A DNA stretch of 64,000 nt. Origin: Microbacteriaceae bacterium (lineage in GTDB: Bacteria > Actinomycetota > Actinomycetes > Actinomycetales > Microbacteriaceae). The stretch lies in NCBI GenBank assembly GCA_947447395.1, contig CANFJH010000001.1:4628-68627 (forward strand). Reading direction: 5' to 3'. Below the pieces are notes generated by a model that saw only the letters and a program-made list of their open reading frames with translations, ran no database searches and was not told the origin of the DNA. Shown here piece after piece: positions 10,236 through 19,327 of this stretch. The position numbers were made by a program, and so were the translations under genes. Each line of letters begins with the position of its first letter. Position 1 is the first letter of the stretch.

Positions 10236-12320
10236 ATGGCTAGAAAAAAAGCCGAAAATGAAGCATCAGTCGAAACCGTTGTAGAGCAAACGCCAGCAGC
10301 TAAAAAGCCGACTCGGGCACGTAAACCAAAGGCTGAAGCTACCAGCGCCCCTGCTGCGGAAAAGCCAGCCAAGGCACCAAAGGCTGCTAAGACCGAGGCA
10401 ACGCCACCATCGGCAACCTCTTTACTGTTCATGGCGCCAGATCTTCCGACTCCAGTAATCGATCCGAAACGCAACAAGCCTGTCGATGATAAGGCAGGCG
10501 ATGAGGCGCATCTTCGCCGCCGTACTCGTCGTCGTTCGGGAGAAGACGTTCCTGGTGAGGTTGCGCCAAATGCTGTGGTGAAGGTTCGCACTCCTCGTGA
10601 GCCTAAAGAACCGAGCAATGAGCCTCAGAAGGTTCGCGGTTCAACACGCCTGGAAGCCAAAAAACAGCGCCGACGCGATGGTCGCGATGCCGGTCGACGC
10701 CGTAACACGGTTACCGAAAGTGAATTCTTGGCTCGTCGCGAGGCAGTCGATCGCACCATGGTTGTTCGTTCGAAAGACGGAAAAATCCAAATCGGTGTGC
10801 TTGAAGACAAGATTTTGGTCGAGCATTATGTGGCTAAGTCCTCGGAGGCCTCGCTAATCGGAAATGTCTACCTAGGTAAGGTCCAAAACGTCCTTCCAAG
10901 CATGGAAGCTGCATTCGTTGACATCGGTCGCGGTCGAAACGCGGTACTTTACTCTGGCGAAGTTGACTGGGAGTTGGCCGAAACCGGTAACCAGCCACGA
11001 CGCATTGAACTTGCACTTAAGTCTGGTGACACGGTCCTGGTTCAGGTAACCAAAGACCCAGTTGGACAAAAGGGAGCACGCCTTACCTCGGCGGTTTCCC
11101 TACCCGGACGCTACCTTGTCTATGTTCCAAACGGCAGCATGAATGGAATTTCACGCAAGCTTCCTGAAACCGAACGAACGCGCCTAAAGCGCATCTTGAA
11201 GGAAGTTCTTCCTGAGGACGCCGGCGTTATCGTGCGTACCGCAGCCGAAGGTGCCACCGAAGAGCAGTTGACTCTCGACGTACAGCGACTTCAAAAGCAG
11301 TGGGAAGAAATTCAAAAGAAGGTTGCCAAGTCTCAGGCACCGCTACTTCTTCACAGCGAACCAGATCTACTAATTAAGATCATCCGCGACGTCTTCAACG
11401 AAGATTTCCAGAAATTGGTCATTTCCGGAGACGATGCGCGTGAGGCAATTGAGAGCTACGTCGCGGCAGTTGCTCCAGACCTTCAAGAGCGAATCGAAAA
11501 GTACACCGGAGATCGCGATATCTTCGACGAGTACCGTGTTGGTGAGCAGATCTACAAGGCGCTCGAGCGCAAGGTTTACTTACCATCCGGTGGTTCATTG
11601 GTCATTGACCGAACCGAAGCAATGACCGTGGTTGACGTCAACACCGGAAAATTTGTTGGATCAGGTGGAAACCTAGAAGAGACAGTAACCAAGAACAACC
11701 TCGAAGCGGCCGAAGAAGTGGTTCGTCAGTTGCGATTGCGTGACATCGGTGGAATTATCGTCATCGATTTTATCGACATGGTTTTGGAAAATAACCGCGA
11801 TTTGGTCCAGCGTCGTTTGATGGAATGCCTAAGTCGCGACCGTACCAAGCACCAGGTAGCTGAAGTAACTTCACTTGGTTTGGTTCAAATGACTCGCAAG
11901 AAGCTTGGAATCGGGCTTTTGGAAACATTTAGCGAGGCTTGCGACATTTGTGCTGGCCGAGGCGTCATTGTTCACCACGAACCGCACATGCGCCCTAGCA
12001 ACAACCGTTCCAACGAGCAGGCTCCTAAAGAGCAGGGCAGTGGTAACTCGAAGAGCAAAAAGAACCGCAATCAACCACCTAAGCAAGAAGTTGCCAAGGT
12101 TGTAACTGCTGAATCGGCGGTTCAGATCAATAGCCTGGTAGCGCAAATTGCTGCTAGCACCATCGCCAATGCGCCTTCAGATGAAAAAACTCTCGACAAA
12201 GTTCTAAACGCACTTCCAGAGCCAACCGAACCTGGTTCGAGTAAAAAGAAGTCCAAACGAGTTACCTCGGGCGGCATTGTTACACCCCAAGCACAAACAG
12301 AAACCGAAAAGAACGACTAA
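10236..12320 (+). CDS. rne: Ribonuclease E/G
   Basis: S1 domain GNVYLGKVQNVLPSMEAAFVDIG, DVNTG, DFIDM, CxxC Zn link; ATG at 10236 with GGAG upstream. Confidence 0.95.
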   Translation: MARKKAENEASVETVVEQTPAAKKPTRARKPKAEATSAPAAEKPAKAPKAAKTEATPPSATSLLFMAPDLPTPVIDPKRNKPVDDKAGDEAHLRRRTRRRSGEDVPGEVAPNAVVKVRTPREPKEPSNEPQKVRGSTRLEAKKQRRRDGRDAGRRRNTVTESEFLARREAVDRTMVVRSKDGKIQIGVLEDKILVEHYVAKSSEASLIGNVYLGKVQNVLPSMEAAFVDIGRGRNAVLYSGEVDWELAETGNQPRRIELALKSGDTVLVQVTKDPVGQKGARLTSAVSLPGRYLVYVPNGSMNGISRKLPETERTRLKRILKEVLPEDAGVIVRTAAEGATEEQLTLDVQRLQKQWEEIQKKVAKSQAPLLLHSEPDLLIKIIRDVFNEDFQKLVISGDDAREAIESYVAAVAPDLQERIEKYTGDRDIFDEYRVGEQIYKALERKVYLPSGGSLVIDRTEAMTVVDVNTGKFVGSGGNLEETVTKNNLEAAEEVVRQLRLRDIGGIIVIDFIDMVLENNRDLVQRRLMECLSRDRTKHQVAEVTSLGLVQMTRKKLGIGLLETFSEACDICAGRGVIVHHEPHMRPSNNRSNEQAPKEQGSGNSKSKKNRNQPPKQEVAKVVTAESAVQINSLVAQIAASTIANAPSDEKTLDKVLNALPEPTEPGSSKKKSKRVTSGGIVTPQAQTETEKND

Positions 12321-12346
12321 ACCTGTTTGACGAGCAGGCTAGTTTG

Positions 12347-12356
12347 CCTGTAAAGT
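12347..12356 (+). promoter_or_regulatory. Putative sigma-A -10 region for rplU-rpmA
   Basis: TAAAGT at 12351-12356 with TTGACG 18 nt upstream. Confidence 0.5.
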
Positions 12357-12419
12357 TGAGTAGTTGCCCGCTGTATATTCGCGGGCGGTCATCAAGTCTT
12401 TTTAGAAAAAGGTAAAACC

Positions 12420-12728
12420 GTGGTTTACGCAGTTGTTCGATCTGGCGCTCGCCAGGAGAAGGTGTCGGTTGGCACCATCGTGACCCTTGACCGTTTGAAG
12501 TCGGCTGAAGGTGAGACCATCACCCTTCCAGCTGTACTGCTAGTAGACGGTGCCAAGGTAACCACCGACGCTTCGGCTCTTGCCAAGGTTAAGGTTTCCG
12601 CAAAGGTACTAGGCGACCTACGTGGCCCAAAGATCATCATCCAGAAGTACAAGAACAAGACCGGCTACAAGACTCGTCAGGGTCACCGCCAGGACCTCAC
12701 CCGCGTCCAGGTCACCGAGATCAAGTAA
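12420..12728 (+). CDS. rplU: 50S ribosomal protein L21
   Basis: YAVVRSG...[14 protein letters not shown]. Confidence 0.97.
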   Translation: MVYAVVRSGARQEKVSVGTIVTLDRLKSAEGETITLPAVLLVDGAKVTTDASALAKVKVSAKVLGDLRGPKIIIQKYKNKTGYKTRQGHRQDLTRVQVTEIK

Positions 12729-12741
12729 GGACTGAGCAAAA

Positions 12742-12993
12742 ATGGCTTCCAAAAAAGGTGTTAGCTCTACCCGTAACGGCCGCGACTCGAACGCACAGCG
12801 CCTTGGCGTCAAGCGTTACGCTGGCCAGGTTGTAAACGCAGGCGAGATCATCGTCCGTCAGCGTGGAACCCACTTCCACCCGGGCGTAAACGTAGGCCGC
12901 GGCAAGGACGACACTCTGTTCGCTCTTTCTGCCGGCGCCGTTGAGTTCGGTGTCAAGGGTGGTCGCCGAGTCGTAAACATCGTTGCGGCTTAG
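12742..12993 (+). CDS. rpmA: 50S ribosomal protein L27
   Basis: [31 protein letters not shown]. Confidence 0.98.
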   Translation: MASKKGVSSTRNGRDSNAQRLGVKRYAGQVVNAGEIIVRQRGTHFHPGVNVGRGKDDTLFALSAGAVEFGVKGGRRVVNIVAA

Positions 12994-13012
12994 TCGAAAG
13001 ACAAGACTTTTG

Positions 13013-13047
13013 GAAGGCGAGCCAATTGGCTCGCCTTCTATCTTTTT
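13013..13047 (+). terminator. Intrinsic terminator after rpmA
   Basis: GAAGGCGAGCC-AATT-GGCTCGCCTTC stem followed by TATCTTTTT. Confidence 0.8.
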
Positions 13048-13062
13048 AGAGAGGTGTAGGTA

Positions 13063-14592
13063 ATGATTCAATTCGTTGATCAGGTGACCCTTCACCTGCG
13101 CGCTGGTAATGGTGGCGACGGCTGTGTTTCGATTAAGCGCGAGAAGTTCAAGCCGCTTGCCGGGCCAGATGGCGCCGACGGCGGTAACGGCGGATCGGTC
13201 AGCTTAGTTGCCGACCCAGACGTAACCACCTTGCTCGAGTATCACTTCCGCCCAAATCAGTCAGGTGGCGATGGTGCCGACGGCGCCGGAGATTTCCGCA
13301 ACGGAGCCCACGGTAAAGACGTAATCCTTCCTGTGCCCGTGGGAACCGTTGTGAAAGACGCCAAGGGTAAGTTGATTGCAGACCTAGACGAAGCCGGAAT
13401 GACACTGCTGGTTGCCGAAGGTGGTCAGGGAGGGCTCGGAAACGCTGCCATCTCTAGCCTCAAGCGCAAGGCTCCAGGTTTCGCCCTGTTGGGTGTTCCT
13501 GGTTGGTCAGGCAATGTAATCCTTGAACTGAAAACCGTAGCCGATGTGGCTTTGGTTGGTTACCCAAGTGCCGGTAAGTCGAGCCTGATTGCAGCTATGT
13601 CGGCTGCGCGTCCGAAGATTGCAGATTATCCTTTCACAACCCTTCACCCGAACCTCGGTGTGGTTCAGGCTGGCGAAACTCGGTACACAATAGCCGACGT
13701 TCCAGGCCTAATTGAGGGTGCAAGCAAGGGCAAAGGCCTCGGCCTAGAGTTCCTACGTCACGTTGAACGCTGTGCGGCATTGCTTCACGTGCTTGACTGT
13801 GGAACCCTTGAAGCCAATCGCGACCCAATTACTGATTTGGATAAAATCCTGCACGAATTGCGCGAATATGAAGTTCCTGAAGGGCAAATTCCCTTGGCAG
13901 AGCGCCCCCAGCTAATTGCCCTGAACAAGGTCGATATGCCTGATGCAAAGGAAATGGCTGAGTTCGTTCGTGGCGATCTAGAGGCACGTGGTTACCAGGT
14001 GTTCGAAGTATCTGCCGTTAGCCGTGAGGGCCTCAAGGGACTCAACTACGCCCTAGCCAAGCTGGTCGAAGACCACCGCAAAGACGTTGCGGCCAGCGCT
14101 CCACCTCGACAAAAGGTGCAGCTAATGCAAGCCAAGCGCCGCAGTGGTGAGAAAGAATTCGAAGTTACCCAAGAAATGTGGGGCGATGAAATCGTTTACC
14201 GCATTGTTGGCTCAAAGCCAGAACGCTGGGTTGCTCAAACCATGTTCGGAAACGAAGAGGCAGTTGGCTATCTCGGCGATCGCCTTGCCAAGCTTGGAAT
14301 TGAAGATGAACTTTACCGAGCTGGCGCCATTGGTGGCGACACGGTAGTAATCGGACCTGGTGCTGGTGTTGTCTTCGACTGGGAGCCAACCATTAATGCA
14401 GCTGCAGAACTAATTACCGGGCCACGTGGAACCGACCGCCGAATTGATCAGCGTGAACGACGCACGACCAAGGAGCGGCGCGCCGATTATGAAGAAATGA
14501 TGGACCAACGAGCAGCTCTTCGCGATGAATTTGAAAAAGAGCGTAAAGCCGGCAAGTGGAGTGTTGACCGAGAAATCTCTGGAGACGAATAA
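13063..14592 (+). CDS. obgE: GTPase ObgE/CgtA
   Basis: Gly-rich Obg fold, GYPSAGKS, DYPFTT, DVPG, NKVD, actinobacterial C-terminal extension. Confidence 0.96.
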   Translation: MIQFVDQVTLHLRAGNGGDGCVSIKREKFKPLAGPDGADGGNGGSVSLVADPDVTTLLEYHFRPNQSGGDGADGAGDFRNGAHGKDVILPVPVGTVVKDAKGKLIADLDEAGMTLLVAEGGQGGLGNAAISSLKRKAPGFALLGVPGWSGNVILELKTVADVALVGYPSAGKSSLIAAMSAARPKIADYPFTTLHPNLGVVQAGETRYTIADVPGLIEGASKGKGLGLEFLRHVERCAALLHVLDCGTLEANRDPITDLDKILHELREYEVPEGQIPLAERPQLIALNKVDMPDAKEMAEFVRGDLEARGYQVFEVSAVSREGLKGLNYALAKLVEDHRKDVAASAPPRQKVQLMQAKRRSGEKEFEVTQEMWGDEIVYRIVGSKPERWVAQTMFGNEEAVGYLGDRLAKLGIEDELYRAGAIGGDTVVIGPGAGVVFDWEPTINAAAELITGPRGTDRRIDQRERRTTKERRADYEEMMDQRAALRDEFEKERKAGKWSVDREISGDE

Positions 14593-15374
14593 TGGCCATC
14601 CAAGACGCCCGTGAAATTCCGACTGCAAAGCGGATTGTCGTCAAGGTTGGATCATCTTCGATTAGTGGAGCAAATTCCAGCCAATTAGAGACCCTTGTTT
14701 CGGCACTTGCCGAAGCGCACAAGCGTGGAAGTGAAGTCGTCCTAGTATCTTCTGGCGCAATTGCCACCGGAATGCCGCTGCTAAAACTTGAATCAAAGCC
14801 AGAAGACTTGGCAACCAGTCAAGCACTGGCTTCGGTTGGTCAAAGCCGCTTGATTGCCCGCTATCAAACCGAACTTGAAAAGTCAAAAATTGTTGCCGGG
14901 CAAGTTCTTTTTACTGCTGCAGATCTCGAGCAAGCAGAAACCAAGGAGAATGCCAAGCGAGCAATGGATCGATTACTTGATCTTCGCGTCTTGCCAATTG
15001 TTAATGAAAACGACACAGTTGCCACCCAAGAAATTCGCTTTGGCGACAACGATAACCTGGCAGCTCAGGTTGCAATTCTCCTAAACGCAGACGTGCTAAT
15101 TCTGCTCAGCGACATCGACGCGCTTTACGATCGACCTCCTAAAAACGACGGCGCCCAGCGCATCGAGTGGGTCACCTTTGAGGATGACCTTGAAGGTATT
15201 CAAATCGGTGACACCTCAACCGGTTTTGGTACTGGGGGAGCTCGCACCAAGGTTAGCGCCGCGAAATTGGCCAACCGTCATGGAATCCCTGTGCTTCTTA
15301 CCGACACCCACAAGGTTGCAGAGGCACTTGCCGGTGGCCGCGTTGGCACCTGGTTTGAGCAGCAGGAAAGTTAG
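14592..15374 (+). CDS. proB: Glutamate 5-kinase (no PUA domain)
   Basis: VVKVGSS, VSSGA, NENDTV, FGDND, GTGG. Confidence 0.94.
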   Translation: MAIQDAREIPTAKRIVVKVGSSSISGANSSQLETLVSALAEAHKRGSEVVLVSSGAIATGMPLLKLESKPEDLATSQALASVGQSRLIARYQTELEKSKIVAGQVLFTAADLEQAETKENAKRAMDRLLDLRVLPIVNENDTVATQEIRFGDNDNLAAQVAILLNADVLILLSDIDALYDRPPKNDGAQRIEWVTFEDDLEGIQIGDTSTGFGTGGARTKVSAAKLANRHGIPVLLTDTHKVAEALAGGRVGTWFEQQES

Positions 15375-15383
15375 GCTTTGATC

Positions 15384-16628
15384 ATGAGCGCGCTCGATAA
15401 CATTCATTTGGCTAAAGAGTCTTACACAGCCATGGGCGTTGCAACCACCGCAAAAAAGAACGAAGCGCTCAAAGCTATTGCTCACCTATTACCAATTCGA
15501 GCCGATGAAATTATTACCGCCAACCGAATCGACATTCAAAATGGAGTCGAGCGGGAAATCGGCGAAGGTCTGCTCGACCGATTGATGCTGAACCAAGAGC
15601 GCATTTTGGCGCTTGCAGCTGCTATCAATCAAATAACCACGCTTCATGACCCGGTTGGCGAAGTGGTGCGTGCGAGCACGCTTCCAAACGGGCTCGAACT
15701 ATCGGAAGTTCGAGTTCCTTTTGGTGTCATTGGTGCAATTTATGAAGCTCGGCCAAACGTCACAGTTGACTTGACTGCTCTGGCCATCAAGACCGGCAAC
15801 GCCATCGTATTGCGAGGTGGAACTGCAGCCGAAAACACCAACCGCGTTTTGGTTAAGTTACTTCAAGATTCCCTTGAATCGGTTGGTCTGCCCAGAAACG
15901 CAGTTCAGACCGTGGATGACTTTGGGCGCGAAGGCGCAACGGCTATGATGCATGCACGCGGTCTAATCGATGTGCTTATTCCTCGTGGATCAGCAAATTT
16001 GATTCAAACCGTCGTTGAAGAATCCAAGGTTCCGGTCATTGAAACCGGTGCTGGAGTAACTCACGTATTTCTTGATGAATCCGCTCGTGAAGACTGGGCG
16101 ATTGACATTGTTTTCAATTCAAAAACCCAACGAGTAAGCGTTTGCAACTCGCTAGAAACTTTGCTGGTTCATGAAAACATCGCGAAATCCTTACTGCCGA
16201 AAATCTTCGAAAAGCTAGCCGAGAAGAGTGTCATCCTTCACGGCGATACCAAGGTCTTGGAGATCGATTCGAGCGTAATCCCTGCAACTGAGGCCGACTG
16301 GGCAACTGAGTATTTGGCACAGGAGCTATCGGTCAAGGTTGTCAAAAGCCTTGATGAGGCAATCGAGCACATTAATCGGTATTCGACTCACCACACCGAG
16401 GCGATTGTCACCGAGAATGAATCCAATGCAGAGCGTTTCCTTGCCGAAGTTGATTCAGCAGCCGTAATTGTTAATGCTTCAACCAGGTTTACCGATGGTG
16501 GCGAGTTCGGCTTTGGTGCCGAAGTTGGTATTTCCACCCAGAAGCTTCACGCCCGTGGCCCAATGGGTTTGCAGGAATTGACAAGCACTAAATGGCTGAT
16601 TCGCGGCCACGGTCAAATTCGCCCGTAA
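15384..16628 (+). CDS. proA: Gamma-glutamyl phosphate reductase
   Basis: IYEARPNV, VCNSLET, NASTRFTDGGEFGFGAE, HARGPMG. Confidence 0.96.
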   Translation: MSALDNIHLAKESYTAMGVATTAKKNEALKAIAHLLPIRADEIITANRIDIQNGVEREIGEGLLDRLMLNQERILALAAAINQITTLHDPVGEVVRASTLPNGLELSEVRVPFGVIGAIYEARPNVTVDLTALAIKTGNAIVLRGGTAAENTNRVLVKLLQDSLESVGLPRNAVQTVDDFGREGATAMMHARGLIDVLIPRGSANLIQTVVEESKVPVIETGAGVTHVFLDESAREDWAIDIVFNSKTQRVSVCNSLETLLVHENIAKSLLPKIFEKLAEKSVILHGDTKVLEIDSSVIPATEADWATEYLAQELSVKVVKSLDEAIEHINRYSTHHTEAIVTENESNAERFLAEVDSAAVIVNASTRFTDGGEFGFGAEVGISTQKLHARGPMGLQELTSTKWLIRGHGQIRP

Positions 16629-16658
16629 ACTATTATCAGAACTCAAATAGGAGACGAA

Positions 16659-16829
16659 ATGCAGTACTTAGCAGAAGTAACGACCAAGTTTGTAGCACCT
16701 TTCCCAACCGTGGTTTACGGCGTTATCGCAATTTCCCTGTTCCTACTTCTAGGTTTTGTTACCTGGTCGTACCGCGATGTTGCCAACCGTCACGAGAACA
16801 AGTCGCACGACTCGAAGGGTCACCACTAA
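16659..16829 (+). CDS. 56-aa single-pass membrane protein with His-rich tail (not in the ORF track)
   Basis: AGGAGA SD then ATG; MQYLAEVTTKFVAPFPTVVYGVIAISLFLLLGFVTWSYRDVANRHENKSHDSKGHH*; fills the proA-nadD gap. Confidence 0.8.
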   Translation: MQYLAEVTTKFVAPFPTVVYGVIAISLFLLLGFVTWSYRDVANRHENKSHDSKGHH

Positions 16830-16857
16830 GTCGCTCTAATGCGACCGGTGCATACCC

Positions 16858-17439
16858 ATGACACGTTTGGGAGTGATGGGTGGTACATTCGACCCAATCC
16901 ACCACGGTCACCTCGTAGCCGCCAGTGAGGTAGCTTCTGCTTTCAATCTAGATGGCGTTCTATTTGTGCCAACCGGCGAACCATGGCAAAAAACTAAGGT
17001 AACTAATAGCGAGCATCGCTACCTAATGTCGGTCATTGCCACTGCATCGAATCCTCGATTTACAGTGAGCCGAGTCGATATTGACCGCGACGGCCCGACC
17101 TATACAGTCGACACTCTAAAAGATATCGCCGATGCTTACCCCGATGCAGAACTTTTCTTCATTACCGGCGCCGACGCAATCAAGCAGATTCTCGAGTGGA
17201 AAGATGTTGAACAGGTTTGGCCACTCGCACACTTTGTTGCTGTTACTCGTCCAGGTCACAAACTTGAACTTCCAAAGGCACCAAAGGGTGCAATCAGCGT
17301 CCTAGAAATTCCTGCTCTGGCAATTTCATCAACTGACGTGCGTGCGCGTGTAGCCAAAGGCGATCCGGTTTGGTATCTGGTGCCAGATGGCGTGGTGCAA
17401 TATATTGGTAAGCACAACCTATATCAGGTGAATGAATAA
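16858..17439 (+). CDS. nadD: Nicotinate-nucleotide adenylyltransferase
   Basis: [24 protein letters not shown]. Confidence 0.96.
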   Translation: MTRLGVMGGTFDPIHHGHLVAASEVASAFNLDGVLFVPTGEPWQKTKVTNSEHRYLMSVIATASNPRFTVSRVDIDRDGPTYTVDTLKDIADAYPDAELFFITGADAIKQILEWKDVEQVWPLAHFVAVTRPGHKLELPKAPKGAISVLEIPALAISSTDVRARVAKGDPVWYLVPDGVVQYIGKHNLYQVNE

Positions 17440-18092
17440 TGACTGACGCAGATTACGAACTCTGGGCCGCGATGATGGCCGATGATGAGGTCGTCGAATC
17501 CACCCCGATTCCTGTCGTAATTCCAGAGCAAGTGCCTCAAATTGTTTCTACTCCGGAAGTGGTTTTTGAGCAAAAATTTTTTCCATTGACACCGGTAACT
17601 CCACCCGTCTTTCCGCAACCAGACGCCCAGCTTCGGGTTGCGGAATTTCTTCCGTCAACTGAAGCTTTGGAAAATGAAGAAGAGTCTGAATTTCCAACGA
17701 ATCTTTTCAAGGAACCTCAGACCAACTCGATCACGGTTACCGAAGTTCCCGATGCGCTAAGCGCGGACATCATCACCGAGTCTGGTGAAATTCTCAAAAC
17801 TGGCGCAATCGACATGCCACTTTTGAGTAATACTGGCAGCATCCCGATCATCACAATTGCTTCAGATGAAATCAACGAAGATGCAATCAAAGCCGCCATG
17901 GGTGATGAAACCACTGGTGGAATTCCGCCAATTCGTTCGGGCTCGGTTATGAATTCGAGTGCCAGAGTTGGCGTTCTGCCAATCAAAAACCGTCGTAGCG
18001 AAGGCCAAACCGTGCTGCTTGCGACTACCTCAATCTTGCTCGTGGCTCTAGGTGCCGGACTCATCGCTGCCTACATGTTCAAGCTCATCTAA
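17439..18092 (+). CDS. Hypothetical acidic low-complexity protein with C-terminal membrane anchor
   Basis: Coupled to nadD (TAATG); E/D/P-rich; one C-terminal hydrophobic helix. Confidence 0.75.
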   Translation: MTDADYELWAAMMADDEVVESTPIPVVIPEQVPQIVSTPEVVFEQKFFPLTPVTPPVFPQPDAQLRVAEFLPSTEALENEEESEFPTNLFKEPQTNSITVTEVPDALSADIITESGEILKTGAIDMPLLSNTGSIPIITIASDEINEDAIKAAMGDETTGGIPPIRSGSVMNSSARVGVLPIKNRRSEGQTVLLATTSILLVALGAGLIAAYMFKLI

Positions 18093-18109
18093 ATAACGAA
18101 ATAAGGAAC

Positions 18110-18472
18110 ATGACCGCCACTCCAGAAGCAATTAAAATCACCAATCTCGCAGCGCAAGCGGCGTCTGATAAACAGGGCGAACAGTTGGTGGCCATCGATG
18201 TAACTTCGGTGAACCCGCTCAACGATGTTTACCTGTGGGTTTCAGCAAAAAACGAGCGTTTGGTTTCCGCCATCGCTGATGAAATCGAATACAAACTTCA
18301 AGAAGTTGGCGTTGAAGCCCGTCGCCGAGAGGGTAAGACCACTAGTCGTTGGATCATGCTCGACTTCGGCGATTTGGCAGTGCATGTAATGCACGAAGAG
18401 GAACGCATGTACTACACGCATGAGCGCCTGTTTGGCAGTTGCCCAACCATTCAACTGGATATCACCGAATAG
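18110..18472 (+). CDS. rsfS: Ribosome silencing factor RsfS
   Basis: RREG...WIMLDFGDLAVHVM...RMYY; near nadD. Confidence 0.92.
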   Translation: MTATPEAIKITNLAAQAASDKQGEQLVAIDVTSVNPLNDVYLWVSAKNERLVSAIADEIEYKLQEVGVEARRREGKTTSRWIMLDFGDLAVHVMHEEERMYYTHERLFGSCPTIQLDITE

Positions 18473-18512
18473 CTTTTTGTAGTAAAGTGGAGAAGTTGCC
18501 TGGCAACAATCC

Positions 18513-18588
18513 GGGCCTGTGGCGCAGCTGGTAGCGCACCTGCATGGCATGCAGGGGGTCAGGGGTTCAAATCCCCTCAGGTCCACCA
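18513..18588 (+). tRNA. tRNA-Ala(GGC)
   Basis: Cloverleaf; anticodon arm CCTGC-ATGGCAT-GCAGG; G3:U70 pair; GTTCAAATCC T-arm; encoded CCA. Confidence 0.96.
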
Positions 18589-18592
18589 AATG

Positions 18593-18627
18593 AAGAAAAA
18601 CCACTCCTCGGAGTGGTTTTTCTTTTT
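18593..18627. terminator. Bidirectional intrinsic terminator between tRNA-Ala and the rpiB-like gene
   Basis: AAGAAAAACCACTC-CTCG-GAGTGGTTTTTCTT with A/T tracts on both sides. Confidence 0.85.
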
Positions 18628-19084
18628 AACAGCAGTGTTTGGCATCTATTTCTTTGACCTTGTTCACACGTCTTGCGTATTTTTCCTCCGTGAGACCCAT
18701 CCATTCGGTGGCCATCCATACTTTGACGATTTCGAGGGCGATGGCTTCGCCGATGATCTTGCCACCGATGCAGAGCACGTTGGTGTCGGAGTGAGAACGA
18801 GCTAGTTCTGCGCAGAATGAGTCTTGGCAGACAGCTGCGAAGATTCCTTTGACTTTATTGGCAATCATTGCTGAGCCATAGCCAACGCCGTCCACGAAAA
18901 TACCGCGCTCGCATTCGCCATTTGAAACCGCGAGGGCTGCCGGGTAGACGTAGTCCGATAGGTCGGCGGCGTCCGAAGTGTGAGTGCCGAAGTCGGTAAC
19001 TTCGTGACCCATGCTCTCAAGGAGTTTGGTGATAGTTTTCTTCAGTTCGAGACCGGCGTGGTCGGATGCCATGGCAATTTTCAT
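18626..19084 (-). CDS. rpiB: RpiB/LacAB-family sugar-phosphate isomerase (atypical active site)
   Basis: MKIAMASDHAG, ANKVKG, ARSHSDTNVL; DGVG where CGTG is usual. Confidence 0.85.
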   Translation of the reverse strand: MKIAMASDHAGLELKKTITKLLESMGHEVTDFGTHTSDAADLSDYVYPAALAVSNGECERGIFVDGVGYGSAMIANKVKGIFAAVCQDSFCAELARSHSDTNVLCIGGKIIGEAIALEIVKVWMATEWMGLTEEKYARRVNKVKEIDAKHCC

Positions 19085-19305
19085 TAGTTTTCGATTCTGA
19101 TTCGCTTGATTTTGCTGGTGAAGCCAGCTTCCAGTGTTAGGTTCTTCTGTTTTAGGTTCAGGTGTTCGGCCAGCACTTTGATTACTGCGTCGTTCGCTTT
19201 ACCGTCTACAGCTCGTTCTTGAACAAAAACAGTGAATTGTTCGTCATTTTGCTCAACTAGAGGACCTTTCTTGGACCCCGGCTTCACGGTGACGGTAATG
19301 CGCAT
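19084..19305 (-). CDS. DUF167/YggU-family protein
   Basis: VKPGSKK...RAVDGKANDAVIKVLA...G.TSKIK. Confidence 0.88.
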   Translation of the reverse strand: MRITVTVKPGSKKGPLVEQNDEQFTVFVQERAVDGKANDAVIKVLAEHLNLKQKNLTLEAGFTSKIKRIRIEN

Positions 19306-19327
19306 GTTTAAAACCTAGACTGAGTGT
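19306..19327. promoter_or_regulatory. Bidirectional promoter with overlapping -10 hexamers driving two leaderless genes
   Basis: TAGACT (+, 19316-19321) and TAGGTT (-, 19317-19312), each 6 nt before an ATG. Confidence 0.65.

Noticed and set aside
10127-10618. 163-aa antisense ORF over the 5' end of rne
   Set aside because: Shadow of the low-complexity Ala/Lys/Pro/Arg N-terminus of RNase E; no SD or recognisable motif.
16592-16861. 89-aa ORF-track call between proA and nadD
   Set aside because: Overlaps proA and lacks an SD; the 56-aa ORF in another frame has an SD and a clear TM helix.
18242-18604. 120-aa minus-strand ORF
   Set aside because: Antisense translation of tRNA-Ala and rsfS.
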